DNA from: Paraspadella gotoi
Lineage: Eukaryota > Animalia > Chaetognatha
DNA length: 64,000 nt
Direction: 5' to 3'
NCBI GenBank assembly: GCA_051294375.1
Contig: CM119271.1
Coordinates: forward strand, 6,511,632-6,575,631
Shown: piece by piece, positions 25,900 through 38,497 of the stretch
Numbering within the stretch: position 1 is the stretch's first letter
Layout: every line of letters begins with the position of its first letter
Translations under genes and position numbers: made by a program
The notes under the pieces: generated by a model
What the model was told of the DNA's origin: nothing
Database searches by the model: none
What the model saw: only the letters and a program-made list of their open reading frames with translations

Positions 25900-28161
25900 T
25901 CTCTCTCCTCTCCTCCTCGTGCTTCTCTCTCTCCTCCACTTCTCCCTCTCGTCTCTTACTGACTCTTCGACGTCTCGTGCTACATTCGCGCCTTTCGTCG
26001 CTGCATGCTTAGTTATATATTGCCATATGGGAGACACCATTCATCGAGTTCCAATACTAATTAATAACTACCGTACATGGTTCAATAAACAATTGTTTTC
26101 TTATATTATCTAATTTTGCTGTATTGTAAAAGCACCAGCCGTTTTTATCGCATATAGTCCTGTTACTTTGTGCGGACGAATCGATGCCGAAAAAAACGAG
26201 ATCGGCAAAAGAGGAGAATTGATGATTGAGTTTTTATTGGGAGAGGCGACTTAGAACGAGAAGAGAGGAATTCGGAGATGGCAAAGAGAAATCATTTAGA
26301 GAAGAGAATAAGGAGTCCGAACTGATGGACGAACTACTTGCCCTACCTTGTAATCATCGGTCAGAGGCCTATATGTCCTCTTAGCCAACCGAAAAGACGG
26401 CAAAGGAGATAAACAAATTGAATATTGAGAAATAATGTAAAAGAGAGACCGACGCGTATACTAACTTGAACTAGAAAAGTGGGCGAGGATGGGTTAGGGT
26501 GGTATGGATCCATGCCCGTGAAGTACGCTATAAGGGCCCCGCTAGTTAATAATGCTGATAAAATCCCTGCCTGTGTTACCATCACACCATCACTATGAGA
26601 AATATCTGCTAGATTATTAGTACTCTCCAGAAAAATCGCGCAGATTGAAAAATTTACGTCGGTCAGATTAGTGATTTTAGTTAATTTTAGTAATTTTAAG
26701 TCCCCTTACTTACGATTCCCTATACGATTAAGTCTTTTCTTTTAGGATTTCGCCATCGCAGGATCGGTGTCTAGATAAAACAGGAAATTCCTGAATTTGT
26801 CCGATCTTCTCTCGACCTTTTTATTTGTTTTACAAAAAATCCTAAATAAATTTCTAAAGCTCTGCTATGGAGTATTTTATTTTAAAATCCCTGCTTCCAA
26901 AATATCCCCTATCCTTATGTATTACTCGATGAGAATTACTTGTAATAACCTATTTTTAAAAACTTGAAAAATATATATCGAATGATTTTACCAAGACTAG
27001 ATAATTAGACTTATTGAGTGACTTTTTATGTTTTTTTGTGTTTCCTCTTTATTGGACAACTATAAATAGAACTTAACACTAAAGCTTGATTTTTTCAAAG
27101 TCGTCTGAAAATTCGATTAAACAGCATATTCCCAGAAATCTTACTTCGTCGTAAATCTACATTTCAAATAAAAGGGAACCGTCAATCTAAATTCGTCATT
27201 TTGCTGCTAGGCAATATACGGACGCAGGCAATACCCTGAGTACTTAAGCGGTAAGTGGCTTTCGTGCGCGGAGCGGTTCTCTCGGTAGACAATCTATCAC
27301 TCATCGCACATCCCAAAATGCTGTCGTTGGCGGTAAGGAAAGCGTCCGAGAATTCTGCAGAGCCTGCGCACACTCCAACCGCCCATTGGGCTACGATGCC
27401 GTCCGCTTTTGTTCGCCCGCGTTGGTAGATCTAATTCGCGAAGAACTTGGAAATAGACAAAACCCGGGACCCGCGCTGGTCGTTGTGGCGCATCACAGAG
27501 AGTCCTCATCTCGAGACACCCACGTATGTCTCGTCATCCCACAGCGTCCAGATAAGATCTTCACGCTGGGAAGGTAATCATGGAAAGGAGGAACCTGCGA
27601 TAACTTTTCAGAAAATCACTCCGAAGAATCTATGGGTCCGCGCGTACTGTACCGGTTACTGTTGTGCAAAAGGCAATGTCGACGTTTGACTTCGAGCATT
27701 TGGAGCTCAAAAAAAAAAAGCAGAACATTTTAGCGTTTATAGGTAGGCCATTAAGACTATTGATAAAATCTATGTAAGCAATCAGCAAAATTACGTACAA
27801 TAGGTTAACGCCCTCTTGGATGATCTTACTAGTGAAAAAACCGGGTACGTCGAAACACTGTTCTCATGGTATAACTTATGACGTTATCTCGAAAGAAGTG
27901 AACCTAGACGTCGTGTGGATTAATTTAGCAGAGGGAACAAAAGAGAGTTGTTCAGGTCGGGTCTAAAATATTGTGAATGGTAAACACATAAAAATACTGC
28001 TTAAAAAACATCTCCACTTCTTCTTGTCATATCATGTATACTAACTTTAATATTTTAGTAATATCACACTTTTTCTGGCGAGAAAAAGGAGAACAGGAGA
28101 AAAAAAGAAGGCGAAAGAAACGGAGAGGAAAAGAGGAATGGTCTTAAAAATCAAGGGCGGA

Positions 28162-28162
28162 A

Positions 28163-28250
<88 letters not shown>

Positions 28251-28252
28251 AA
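28162..28252. repeat. (AAAG)n microsatellite
   Basis: Direct reading. Confidence 0.96.
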
Positions 28253-28962
28253 AAGAAAAGAAAAACTAGAAAAAAGAGAAGGTAAAGGAAAAACTTTACA
28301 ATCACATCTCTGTCTGGATATAACAAAAAATACTGTAGATAATAGGTAGGAATAAAAGCATTAAAAGCAACTCCCCCCCCTCCTTAGAAATCAGAAAGGA
28401 AAAAAAAAAGGAAAGAAAGATTTTTAAAAGCGTCGAGCATCTGAGAGTCAGACACTTTTGCCTCTTAATCGAAGGGAAACGCTTTTCCTCGCTTAAAAGG
28501 AAACAAACGAAACAAGATAACTTTTCCCACGTTTTTTTTTCTTTTGTCTCTCTTTACTTTCTCTTTTTAGTTTTTTTTTTTCCTTTTTTTCTTTTTTATT
28601 TTCTTTTTCTTTTTTCCGTTTTCCATTTCCTTTTTCGTTTACCTTTTTCTCTTTTTATTTTCTTTTTTTTTCCATTTCTTTATTATTTTATTTACCTGCC
28701 TCTTTCTCTTTCCATTTCCTTTTTCCGTTTCCCCTTTTTTTTCTATTTTCTTTTTTCCCTTCCCAATTTCCGATTCTATTTTCTCTTTCCTTTTTCCGTT
28801 TCCCTTTTCCATTGCTATTTCATTTAACATTTTCTTCTTCCATTTCCTTTTTCCGATTCTATTTTCTTTTTTGTCTTTTTCACTTCCTCTTCCTCTTCAG
28901 CATTCTCTCTCGTGGCGTTAATTAGCGGGCTAGCACGCCGGCGCACGCGCCCACCGCCACGC

Positions 28963-29000
<38 letters not shown>

Positions 29001-29504
29001 ATTTATCAACTTATTTTTCTTATCCTTTCTCTCATTTAATATAAATTAAACCTTTCCTCTCCTCTTATTCATTTTAGATCCTCCCACTCGAAACATAATA
29101 CTGGAGACAAATTTAGAATATACCCGGATAAATAACACCTCTCTCTCTTTCTCTTCTCCTCTCTCTCCTCTCTCTCTCTCTCCTCTCTCTCCTCTCTCTC
29201 GTTCTCTCTCCTCTCTCTTCTCTCCCCGCCCGTAGCCCACCTCTCCGGACCGGACCGAACGCCGCTTATCTCGCTCTCACGAAGACGCCATAAGTCATGC
29301 GCCCGTTTGTTTCCAGCGGGTGGCAGTGGGTGTTGACTGTGGGGACTTTGGTGGCTGTGGGTGCGGTTGTGGTGGGGGGAAGTTAGTGCTGTGGTGTTAG
29401 CTGATGTGTTTGTGGGCGACAGTGGGTGGGGGCAAATATGTAAGTGTAAATACGTAAATAGTGAACTTCCGGGGCCTTTCACCATTTTTTCTTCTGATGG
29501 GCCC

Positions 29505-29592
29505 CTGTACAATGTGTACATTGTGTAGTACACTGTATGTACACTGTAGTACACTTGTGTGTACATTGTGTACAATGTGTACATTGTACAAT
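29505..29592. repeat. Degenerate palindromic 9-bp repeat (TGTACAATG/TGTACATTG)
   Basis: Repeated TGTACA units in both orientations. Confidence 0.8.
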
Positions 29593-30356
29593 GAACATTC
29601 CTGACTTGACGACTTGGCTCCATTCTAGTTTTAGAGATGTTGGCTTCCTTTTATAAATTAAAATTACGAATTACATTAATGAATAAGAAATAAAACAAAT
29701 AATAATTTAATTTAATACTTATTTGAAATATGTTAGACTTTTATATTCGTTTTATAATTTAGTGTAATAATATTAATATAAAATTTAATAATTTAATATT
29801 TATATAAATTACAAGAATAACAACTGAGATATTAGCATAATTTTTATACTTCCTCTCGCGCGGTTGGCGGTTGAGGCCCGTAGTGGCGCTATAACGCATA
29901 GGTTATTGTATAATATTGTATATAGCCGTTCCTGCGGTGTCTGGAGTGGGCAATGGCTGCGCGCAGGATTGGAAAGCCGTTGAGTCTCTTAGTGTAGACT
30001 GTAGAGGAAGGCCGTTCATAAGGCGGAATAGGATTGCGGCTGTGAAGGAGGGAGTGAAGGCTGTGAAGTGCGGCTGTGAAGGAGGGAGTGAAAATTCATT
30101 GGGTTCTTGAAGAAAGGAAGGATCAGGAAGTCTGGTCACGTGATCGTGTGAAGAGGAGCAAACAGGATCGATTGTCGGTTCTGCGTGAGTCGACTCAAAG
30201 CGATAAAAAGGGGAAAGAGTTCCTGACAAAGAGGATTTACTGGTTTTATATGATTAATAGTATTAATACTATTAAAGATGGGATTAAATTTGGGAATAAG
30301 GTTAAATGTAGAATCTAGTCCGATTGAAGAAGTGAAAGTTTAAAAAGAAATAAAAA

Positions 30357-30395
<39 letters not shown>

Positions 30396-30675
30396 GAGAA
30401 AGAGAGAGAGAGAGAGCCGAAAGATATTAAAAAGTCGTGCCCGGAAGGAATGAAGAAAAGTAGGAGCGAAGTAATGAGAAGAAAAAAAAAGAAGAAAATA
30501 AGTTTGTGGGAGGAAATGAAAAGGAGAAAAGAAGAGAAGAGAAGAGAAAAATATTATAAGATGAAAAAAGAGAAAGGAAGAGAAAAAAGAAGAAGAGGGG
30601 AGAAGAAAAGAACAGAAAAGCAAGAAAAGGTGAGCAGTTATGTAGTTATGAAAGAAAGGGTAAGAATGGGATAAA

Positions 30676-30755
<80 letters not shown>

Positions 30756-30771
30756 AGAGAGAGAGAAAGAG

Positions 30772-30809
<38 letters not shown>

Positions 30810-31326
30810 GAGAGGGTGAGAGAGAAAAGAGAGAGAGAGTGAGAAGAGAGAGAGAGAGAGAGAGAGAGGGGAACGAGACCGCTCGATTGACTCTGAGTAA
30901 ATCTACGACCCCCAAAAGAAAACTCGGTGAACAGCGGGGGGAAGACAAACGCGACGCTCTGGGAGGAAAACCGGGTTCAATAAAAGGGAAAGAGGGAGGA
31001 GGAGGAAGAAGAGAGGGAGGTGGAGAGGAAAGAGGGAGGAAGAGAGGGAGGTGGAGAGGAAAGAGGGAGGAAGAGGAGGAGGAAGAAGAGAGGAAGGTGG
31101 AGAGGAAAGAGGGAGGAAGAGAAGATGAGGAGGTGAAAGGAAGATGAGGGGAAAAGAATAGTAGAGGAAAAAAAAAGAAAAAACAAGAACTAAAATTCAA
31201 ATGTATGTTCCATCGCAGCCTACCTTTTAGTTTTATTCGCTAGCAGTCATTAGATTTGAGGTTTTTTCCTGTCTTAACAAATGAGTAACCGACTATAGGA
31301 TAGTTATGAACATTTTTAACGTAAGT

Positions 31327-31444
31327 GGGACAGACCGACGTACAAACCAACCGACCGACAGACCGACCGACCGACCGACAGACCGACCGACCGAAAAGTG
31401 TCTCATAGAGTTGCTCCTCTATAATTCGCGGCGCAACTAAAAAT
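31327..31444 (-). mobile_element. DINE-1/Helentron-associated-like element end
   Basis: Minus strand TTTTTAGTTGC...GCAACTCTAT short inverted repeat followed by a (GTCG/GTCT)n microsatellite; same layout as 19968-20036. Confidence 0.5.
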
Positions 31445-31748
31445 TACCATTAGAATATTAGTGAAGATAGCGCGAGTGTAAAATAATGACAGAAAAAGTT
31501 TGTTGATTTATACTAGCCACATAAAAGATTTCTTTAACTCCTCAAAAAAGAAAATTAAAGAAATATCCCTAAACTAAAAGCGAAATGATAGGAGTCCAAA
31601 TCGTGCAAACAGTCAAGGAAAACGTGAATGGAAAGAACTAGAAAAGATGCGGAGGAGAAAAAAAAAAAGAAATGAGGCGCGATAAGAAAATAGAAAAAAA
31701 ATAAGAAAGAAAGAAATGGGATCAACATAGCGAAGAAACGAAGAGAAT

Positions 31749-31858
<110 letters not shown>

Positions 31859-32385
31859 GGGGTTAACCTCTCTTGGGTCGAGAGTTTTCATATATGCCCC
31901 TTCTTCTTTTTTTGGCGCTTCCTTTTTTTTTATCTTTTTTCCTTTTTTTGCTTCTTCAATTTTTTTTTCTCTTTTGGTGCCAATTCTTTTTTCTTTTTTT
32001 TTTTCCTTCAGTTTTCCCTCCTGACAGTCACCCTCGAGACAAGACGGTGGAAAGTGGGAACGCTTCGTTGCAATGACGAGGAAATCTCGGTTTTTTACTT
32101 TTCTCTTTGATAAATAAAAAAATGTGTGAAAGAGAAAAAGTGACTTCGTCTCGGTATGTGTTTTAAAATGTGTTTAAAATGTTTTAAAATGTCAACTCGA
32201 ATTAGTTTAAGTGTATTGGTGCGTCTGACATGAAATCGCTTTTTAGAAAAAAAAAATTTTTCTTAATCTCGTGTATTTTTTTTCTTTTCTTTTCTTTTCT
32301 TTTCTTTTCATATCTTTACATTTTCTCTTTTTTTTTCTACTTTTTCGCTTTAAATTTAATATACAGTTAAAATTCTTGTCGGGTT

Positions 32386-32585
32386 AATTTGACTTTCGCC
32401 GACCGGGGTTAGGGTGTTTAGGGTGAAGGGTGGTTTAGGGGTGGTTTAGGGTAAGGGGTGGTTAGGGTTAAGAAGGTTTAGGGTGAGGGTAATTAGGTAA
32501 TATTTTTTTTAAATTTTTTTTTTAATAAGTATTTTTAAATGGTTTTTCAAAAAACGCCAAAACCCCGGTCAGAGAAAGTAAAATT
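32386..32585. mobile_element. MITE-like element with 25-bp inverted repeats around degenerate TTAGGG-like repeats
   Basis: AATTTGACTTTCGCCGACCGGGGTT (32386-32410) matches the reverse complement of 32561-32585 at 22/25; internal GGTTAGGG/GGTTTAGGG units. Confidence 0.65.
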
Positions 32586-32881
32586 TGAACTTTTTTTCTT
32601 CTTTTTTCTTTTTCTTTCATCATCGCGACTTTCATGCCTTTTTATCCACTAATTAATAATCTAAAAATGATATTATTAATTCATTCTTTTCTATCGCCCC
32701 TTCCTCTCTTTACTTTCCTCTCCTCCCTTTCCGTTCCTTCCATGTTCTCTTCCCTTTCCTATCTTTTCTTTCCTCTCTTTACTTTCTCTCTTCCCCTTCC
32801 TTTCCTTATTTTAATTTCCTCCCTTCTCTTTCCTTTCCTCCCTTTCCTTTCCTCCCTTCCCCCCCATTCCCCCCCCATCAG

Positions 32882-35800
32882 AACCGGAAACGGTTGCTCG
32901 TCGATCCTTCTACACGATGATCCTCGCGCCACCGAGATCGAGTCTCTCTGCTCGCCCTCGGGCCCGAGCCGGATCCCGAGCTACGACCATCCCAACCCGC
33001 TCCACACTCCGCACTCGAGGAGGTGAGTCGCGAGAACTGCGGCTGCGGCTGGAGGATCAGCTGCGTCGGCAGCGGATGAGAATCGCTGCGGCAGTCGATC
33101 AGACCGCGAGAGGCGAACGATACAATGCCGTCGTTACTTTTGGTTTTGTGAGAAAAAACAAAATGGCAAGAAATAAAACCGAGCCGAAACAAATCATTTT
33201 AACGAGTTATATGCGTGCAATCCAAGGTCACTACGTCCGGTGAAACCCGGCCCGATCAAAATGGTCAATCGTCGTCGTCGTCGTCGTCTTCGTCGTGGGT
33301 GTTGGAGCCATTTATTCATTGTGTCAAAAGGCATTCGTCCTTCGGGGGACTGACTCACCTCTGAGCTCTGTCTCATGTCTTAGTTTCACGTTTCGAGCTG
33401 AAGTCGTCGACCTGAATTTTTCTCACAGTTGGAGACAAGATCGAGTCGTGATAAAGTCGTGAAAACTTATAGAATCAAAATGGAGACGAGTTTTATTACG
33501 CGTCTTGATATCGTGAGGTGGAGAAGGGTCTCCACATTATTAATTTAACTCAACTCTTTTTGCTCATAAGGATTTCTGTTTCTGTTCAGACTTTTTGATA
33601 TTTTGAATTTTCAATAAATATCTACATAATTAGAAAACTAGGGCAGAAAGTAACTTTTAACCTTGTGTTGTATAGATGCTCCCAGCTCCCATAATTTCCA
33701 GAAGACAACACTAACATCCCTCTCCCCATTACAGTATAAAATAATATACTTTATATAAAGAATGTAATTAAATCTAATAATTAAATTTTAATAAAAAATT
33801 TTAATAGTCTAATATAGTAAAACAAATAATCTTGCAATTTTTCATACATGAAAACATTTTCTTACCCCCTCAGTGAGCATGGGTGTTAATTTAGTATTAA
33901 TTTACAATAAATCGCATGTCTAAAAATCTCTAAAAAATATGGGACGGAAAGTCTTTCTTTCTACATTAAAACTTGAAACATTCGATACAAAAATATCCCT
34001 TTCTTGAAATTCGAATACAAATCCGAAATACTTAAATCGTCACGAGACCAACTCGGGGTTTTTTTTTTTCTGCCCTCGAAGGCAAATGTCACGAACGTGA
34101 CAAAAAAAATTGAATCTTCTGGTGCCGAAAAGAAAAGACAAGACAATCGACGATGACGACGACGACGACGACCACAGCGTCTTTCGAAACGACACACAAA
34201 TAATGGAAATTGAATAAGAATAAAAAAAGGGGATCTCGTGAGGCGGAATACAGTGTGAGGAAGGAGCGGGAGAGTGGGGAGAGAATGAATTGTGAATGGA
34301 ACCAGTGAATCTGTGAGGAAGTCAAGTCGCATGGGGAGAGAGAGAGAGTGATTGGAACTGGTGGATGGAATCAGTGAATCTTTTGATCGAGAGATGTCGT
34401 TCGGGGACTGAATGCTGAATGAGAAGAGATGGTGAAAAGTGAACTGGTGAATGCAGGAAAGTAAGTCGCAAGGGGGAGAGAGTGAATGGTGAATGGAACC
34501 AGTGAATCTTTTATGGAAAGGAGGTCGCAAGGGAAGATCGAAACGACGACAGCGACGAATATTTTAATCGAAAAAAAAAAACTCGCGAGCTTCGAAATCG
34601 AATCCTGGCCGAAAACTATTCCGTCTTTCCTGTTTTTATTTCAGAAATCTGTAGCCGAAAGAAACCAAAATTTTATATAAGTCAGTTTACATATATATGC
34701 ATTATGCAATAATGCATTAATGCAATAATATAAATAATGTGGCATAAATTAAAAACCCATCGAAGGCTAGTCCTCCTCGCATCGTCTCTTCTGTAAAAAA
34801 AAATTGGCTAACATCGACAATTCCCAAAATTAGATGCCTGGTTCGGTTCCTATTCTTAAACATACGAGGTGGTACGAAAAAAAAATGCAATGATAAGCTC
34901 CCCCCACTCCAAGGAACGCAAAATAGTCCACCTGCCGTTGCCATAGCATCCTAATACAACAATACAACAAGGACTTAATTTTGCGTACTAATTGACGATC
35001 GCCCTTCCCTCCACCCTTTCTCCAATTCTCTGTCAGGAACTCTCAAGTCGGCTCCCACGTGACGCGATACCGCAGCGACCCCTCGACGATCAACTTCTGC
35101 CACAAGGGGGCGTCGTCGACGTCGGGAGAATCGGGCAGCCACGCCCCTTCCACCAGGCAACTCACGCTGCACGTCAAGCGTCTCGGCTACATCGTCGCTA
35201 CGCTTACCTTTTTCTGCTCCGTCTTTCTGGGTACAAATAAAAAAATAGGCTTCATGACTCATGAGTTAATGTCGAACGTCGTAAGCCCATTGTCCAATGT
35301 CCAATGTCCATTCGTTCTTCCAAAATTAGCTCTTTTTTTGACAATTAGTCGGTATTAGTATTAGTTGATTAATTATTTAACATTTAATGCTTTGAAATCT
35401 AGTATTTATACTAAAATTCGAACTGAGATTACCTAAAATTAACTCCGACTGATTGTTTTTTATTTAAATTAAAATCAAATTAAACATTTTTTTTTCTGAA
35501 TATTACGTGAAAAAAAGTTTTACTGTAAACGTATGTCGTAAAAATTAAAAAAGATCATGTCTCTCAACCAGGGACTGTGATCTTCGCATCGGTGACGGCC
35601 ATCACGACGAAGACGCGTCACGCGCAGGAGTCGACCTCCGTCAACTCCAAACTTCAACTCCTTCATCGAGATCAAAACAACGTCCGGGTTTCCCTGGACA
35701 GGATATCGGTGAGGCTTCATGACGGGCTCGTTGGGCCGGGCGCTTGAGAGACCTTCGGCCGGGACCGGATTCTGAGATTTGGTCGTTCAAGGTGTCCTTT

Positions 35801-36121
35801 ATCAGTTGATCACTCGCCGATGGAAGAGAGCTGTAGGAGAAATGGCAAAAATATAAGCCCAAGTTGAATTCATCGTATCTTGGAAGTGTGTACGTTTTAC
35901 GTTTCAATATTTTAAATATTTTCAAGCGATCGAAGCCTATGGATTATTTCATAGTGAAAAAAATTTGACTTGAGGTCAAAGACAAATGTTTTTGTTCGCC
36001 AAAATTTCTCACTTTCTCTCATTCGAAAATCGAGGACGACGAGCGATGGAGAAATATTGCTTTTGTGGCAGAAGAAAAATCTCCCTTTTCTCCTGACAAG
36101 ATTTTTTCCTTTCATTTTTCA

Positions 36122-36165
<44 letters not shown>

Positions 36166-38426
36166 AAAAACGTAAGAAGAGAGAGAAAAAAAAAGAGAGG
36201 AAAAATGATTCTATATTCGTCAAGAAAAGATCTTTGGGATTAAATATGGTGTCAGAATTCTTCCTCCTTCTCGCACATATTCCTTTTTCTCTCTCTCTCT
36301 CTCTCTCGCTCTCCCTCTCTCTCTCATCGGCGCCTCGTCGCGACATTTGCGCGCACAGTTCCGGTCGAGACATCCGCATGCAAATCTTCGCGTGCGAATC
36401 TCCGCGCGCGCAATTTCCCCCCCCCTTCCTTCTATTTTTTGCCATCTGTCATTTCTCCCCTTGTTTTTTGCCCTGCCTGTCGTCCCCCCCTGCAATAAAA
36501 AAAAAAAACCCTGGATCTCGTTTCTATGAATATTCATCTTTTTTTCTCTCTCGTTCGCGTAAGAAACTTGATCGTCTCAGGTTGCGTTCATCGACTTTTA
36601 TCCATGGAAGTCATAACTTCTTTCCACTCGCTCGAGTTGGCGATTTACCGTTTCGCAAAATGTTTTCATTAAAACGAGACGGGGGTTTCCCGCAAGCAAG
36701 AAGGAAACTTTTCTTAAAAATTGCCATCGTAAATCCATTTCGCATAGACCGAGCGACATGATGAAGCTACACCGTGTTTTAGAGTCGTTTGAAAAAAAAA
36801 TTTTAACTAACTTTAGTTCGAAACTCGATGACCAAACAATTTGGGTATTTTGTTAAACTAGTTTCATCTTGCCGTTCATGTTGGGCGATCATGTAACTGG
36901 CGGTTTCGTAAAAAACGTTTCCAGGTTAAAATTTAAAACGAATTTGCCTCCTCATTTATCACATTGCGACTTTCTGCATCCTCTCGCGACAAAAACAAAA
37001 GGCACACTACGTCGCGCTGCATCCAAACATCGAAATCAGCGGCAGATTTTTCCCGCCTTCGTCTGGCGCCACCGAATGGGCAAACAATGGCCGACAGCCT
37101 TGTAAACATCGTTATCTTTCGTTTCGAGAGCGCGATTGGGGCGGTGGCGGGGTGTGGAAGTGTGGGAGAGTGGAAGGGGAGGTCTTGAACTCGACCCAGA
37201 CGAGTCATCAGACCAGAAAAACGAATCGATGTCGCGCGTGGAATGTCGGACGCTCGACCAGTGATGAATGCTCCCACAGGACGGAACCATAACAAACGCT
37301 CCCGCCTAAATTTGGATTTGGTAGAATTTCTCTCTTCCCCTCCCTTCCCCCACCGCTCCTCGAGGGGCAGTTATTTACGACCGGTGGCCAATGGTCAATG
37401 GAAAATAGCAAGAAAATTTAATAAGTGTTTCATTATTAATGATAAATCTTTACAATGCGACATATTGCTTAAATCTTAGAAAGCAATACGTAAATAAAAC
37501 GAGAAGTCTTTACAAGATTGCATAAATAATATTGAAAATTATTTATTAAATCGAAAAATAACGTTGGTCTAATCATGAGCCAAATAATTCATAAAAGATT
37601 TCCTTCGTTCTCGCAGGATATTCTCCAAGTTTACGGGCGCCATCACGACAAATGGTCCGACCACGAGGCGTCGCTGGCGTCGAACTCTTCCATCGAGACG
37701 ACTGAGGAATACATCAAGATTCTCCATCATCAAGTCCAAAGCATCCTGCTCATTCTCAACGCCGGTGAGGGGAAAACGTGATAAGAATAAGATTGATGAA
37801 TTTAATAACTAATTTATAAAATCGGTACAACCAATATAAAGATTATCCCTTTAATAAATAAGTTATCTTGCCCCCCCGACTTAGGACGGGGGCTCGGATT
37901 TTTTGAATACCGTTCCCAAATCTTTTTTTTGTTTGACTCACGTGGTTTTTCACAAAATATTTTCGGGAATAAAGAGAAAATAGATTCTTTCACAAAAACT
38001 TTACTCTCCGAAAAGACCCGAATTTTCAAAAGGTCTCCTATCCTAAGATTTTTTTATTTTCTTTTTCGGTTTCCAGTTGTGACGAAAATGAATGCGGTTC
38101 AACGTCATCAAGGCTGCCCTACAGGTGATTGGGGAAAAAAAAAAGGGAATTTCCCCGAGACGTGGATTCGCTATCGATTCTCTAAACAATTTCTCCCTCC
38201 CTCTTTCCTCCCAATCACCGCCGACTCCTTTAACCTTTTCGTTGCCAATTTCTTTCCCGGGTTTCTCGCGCCCACCCCCCCCTATTTTTCGATTCTCCCC
38301 CCTTTCCCACGAGACTGAAATTTTTTTTTTCTATATTTTACTCGGCCTTTCACATCAAGTTTAAAGTTTTTGGAACGATGGGCTGTGGCGTCTTAGTCTT
38401 GAACTTTTGACCTCTTTTCATTTCCG

Positions 38427-38497
<71 letters not shown>

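Noticed and set aside
25538-25945. AG-rich tract facing a CT-rich tract, suggesting a large foldback
   Set aside because: Low-complexity complementarity either side of a 25-N gap; could be a scaffolding artefact.
26349-26590. Possible solo LTR (TGTAAT...ATCACA)
   Set aside because: No matching target-site duplication and no second copy in the window.
27815-27870. GATGA...CGAAAC hammerhead-like string (similar decayed string near 18610-18640)
   Set aside because: Core CUGA is absent and stems I and II do not pair convincingly.
32917-33243. ORF with coiled-coil-looking ESRELRLRLEDQLRRQRMR
   Set aside because: The overlapping frame ending at the AG|GTGAGT donor (33022) joins the next exon in phase; this frame runs into intron and stops.
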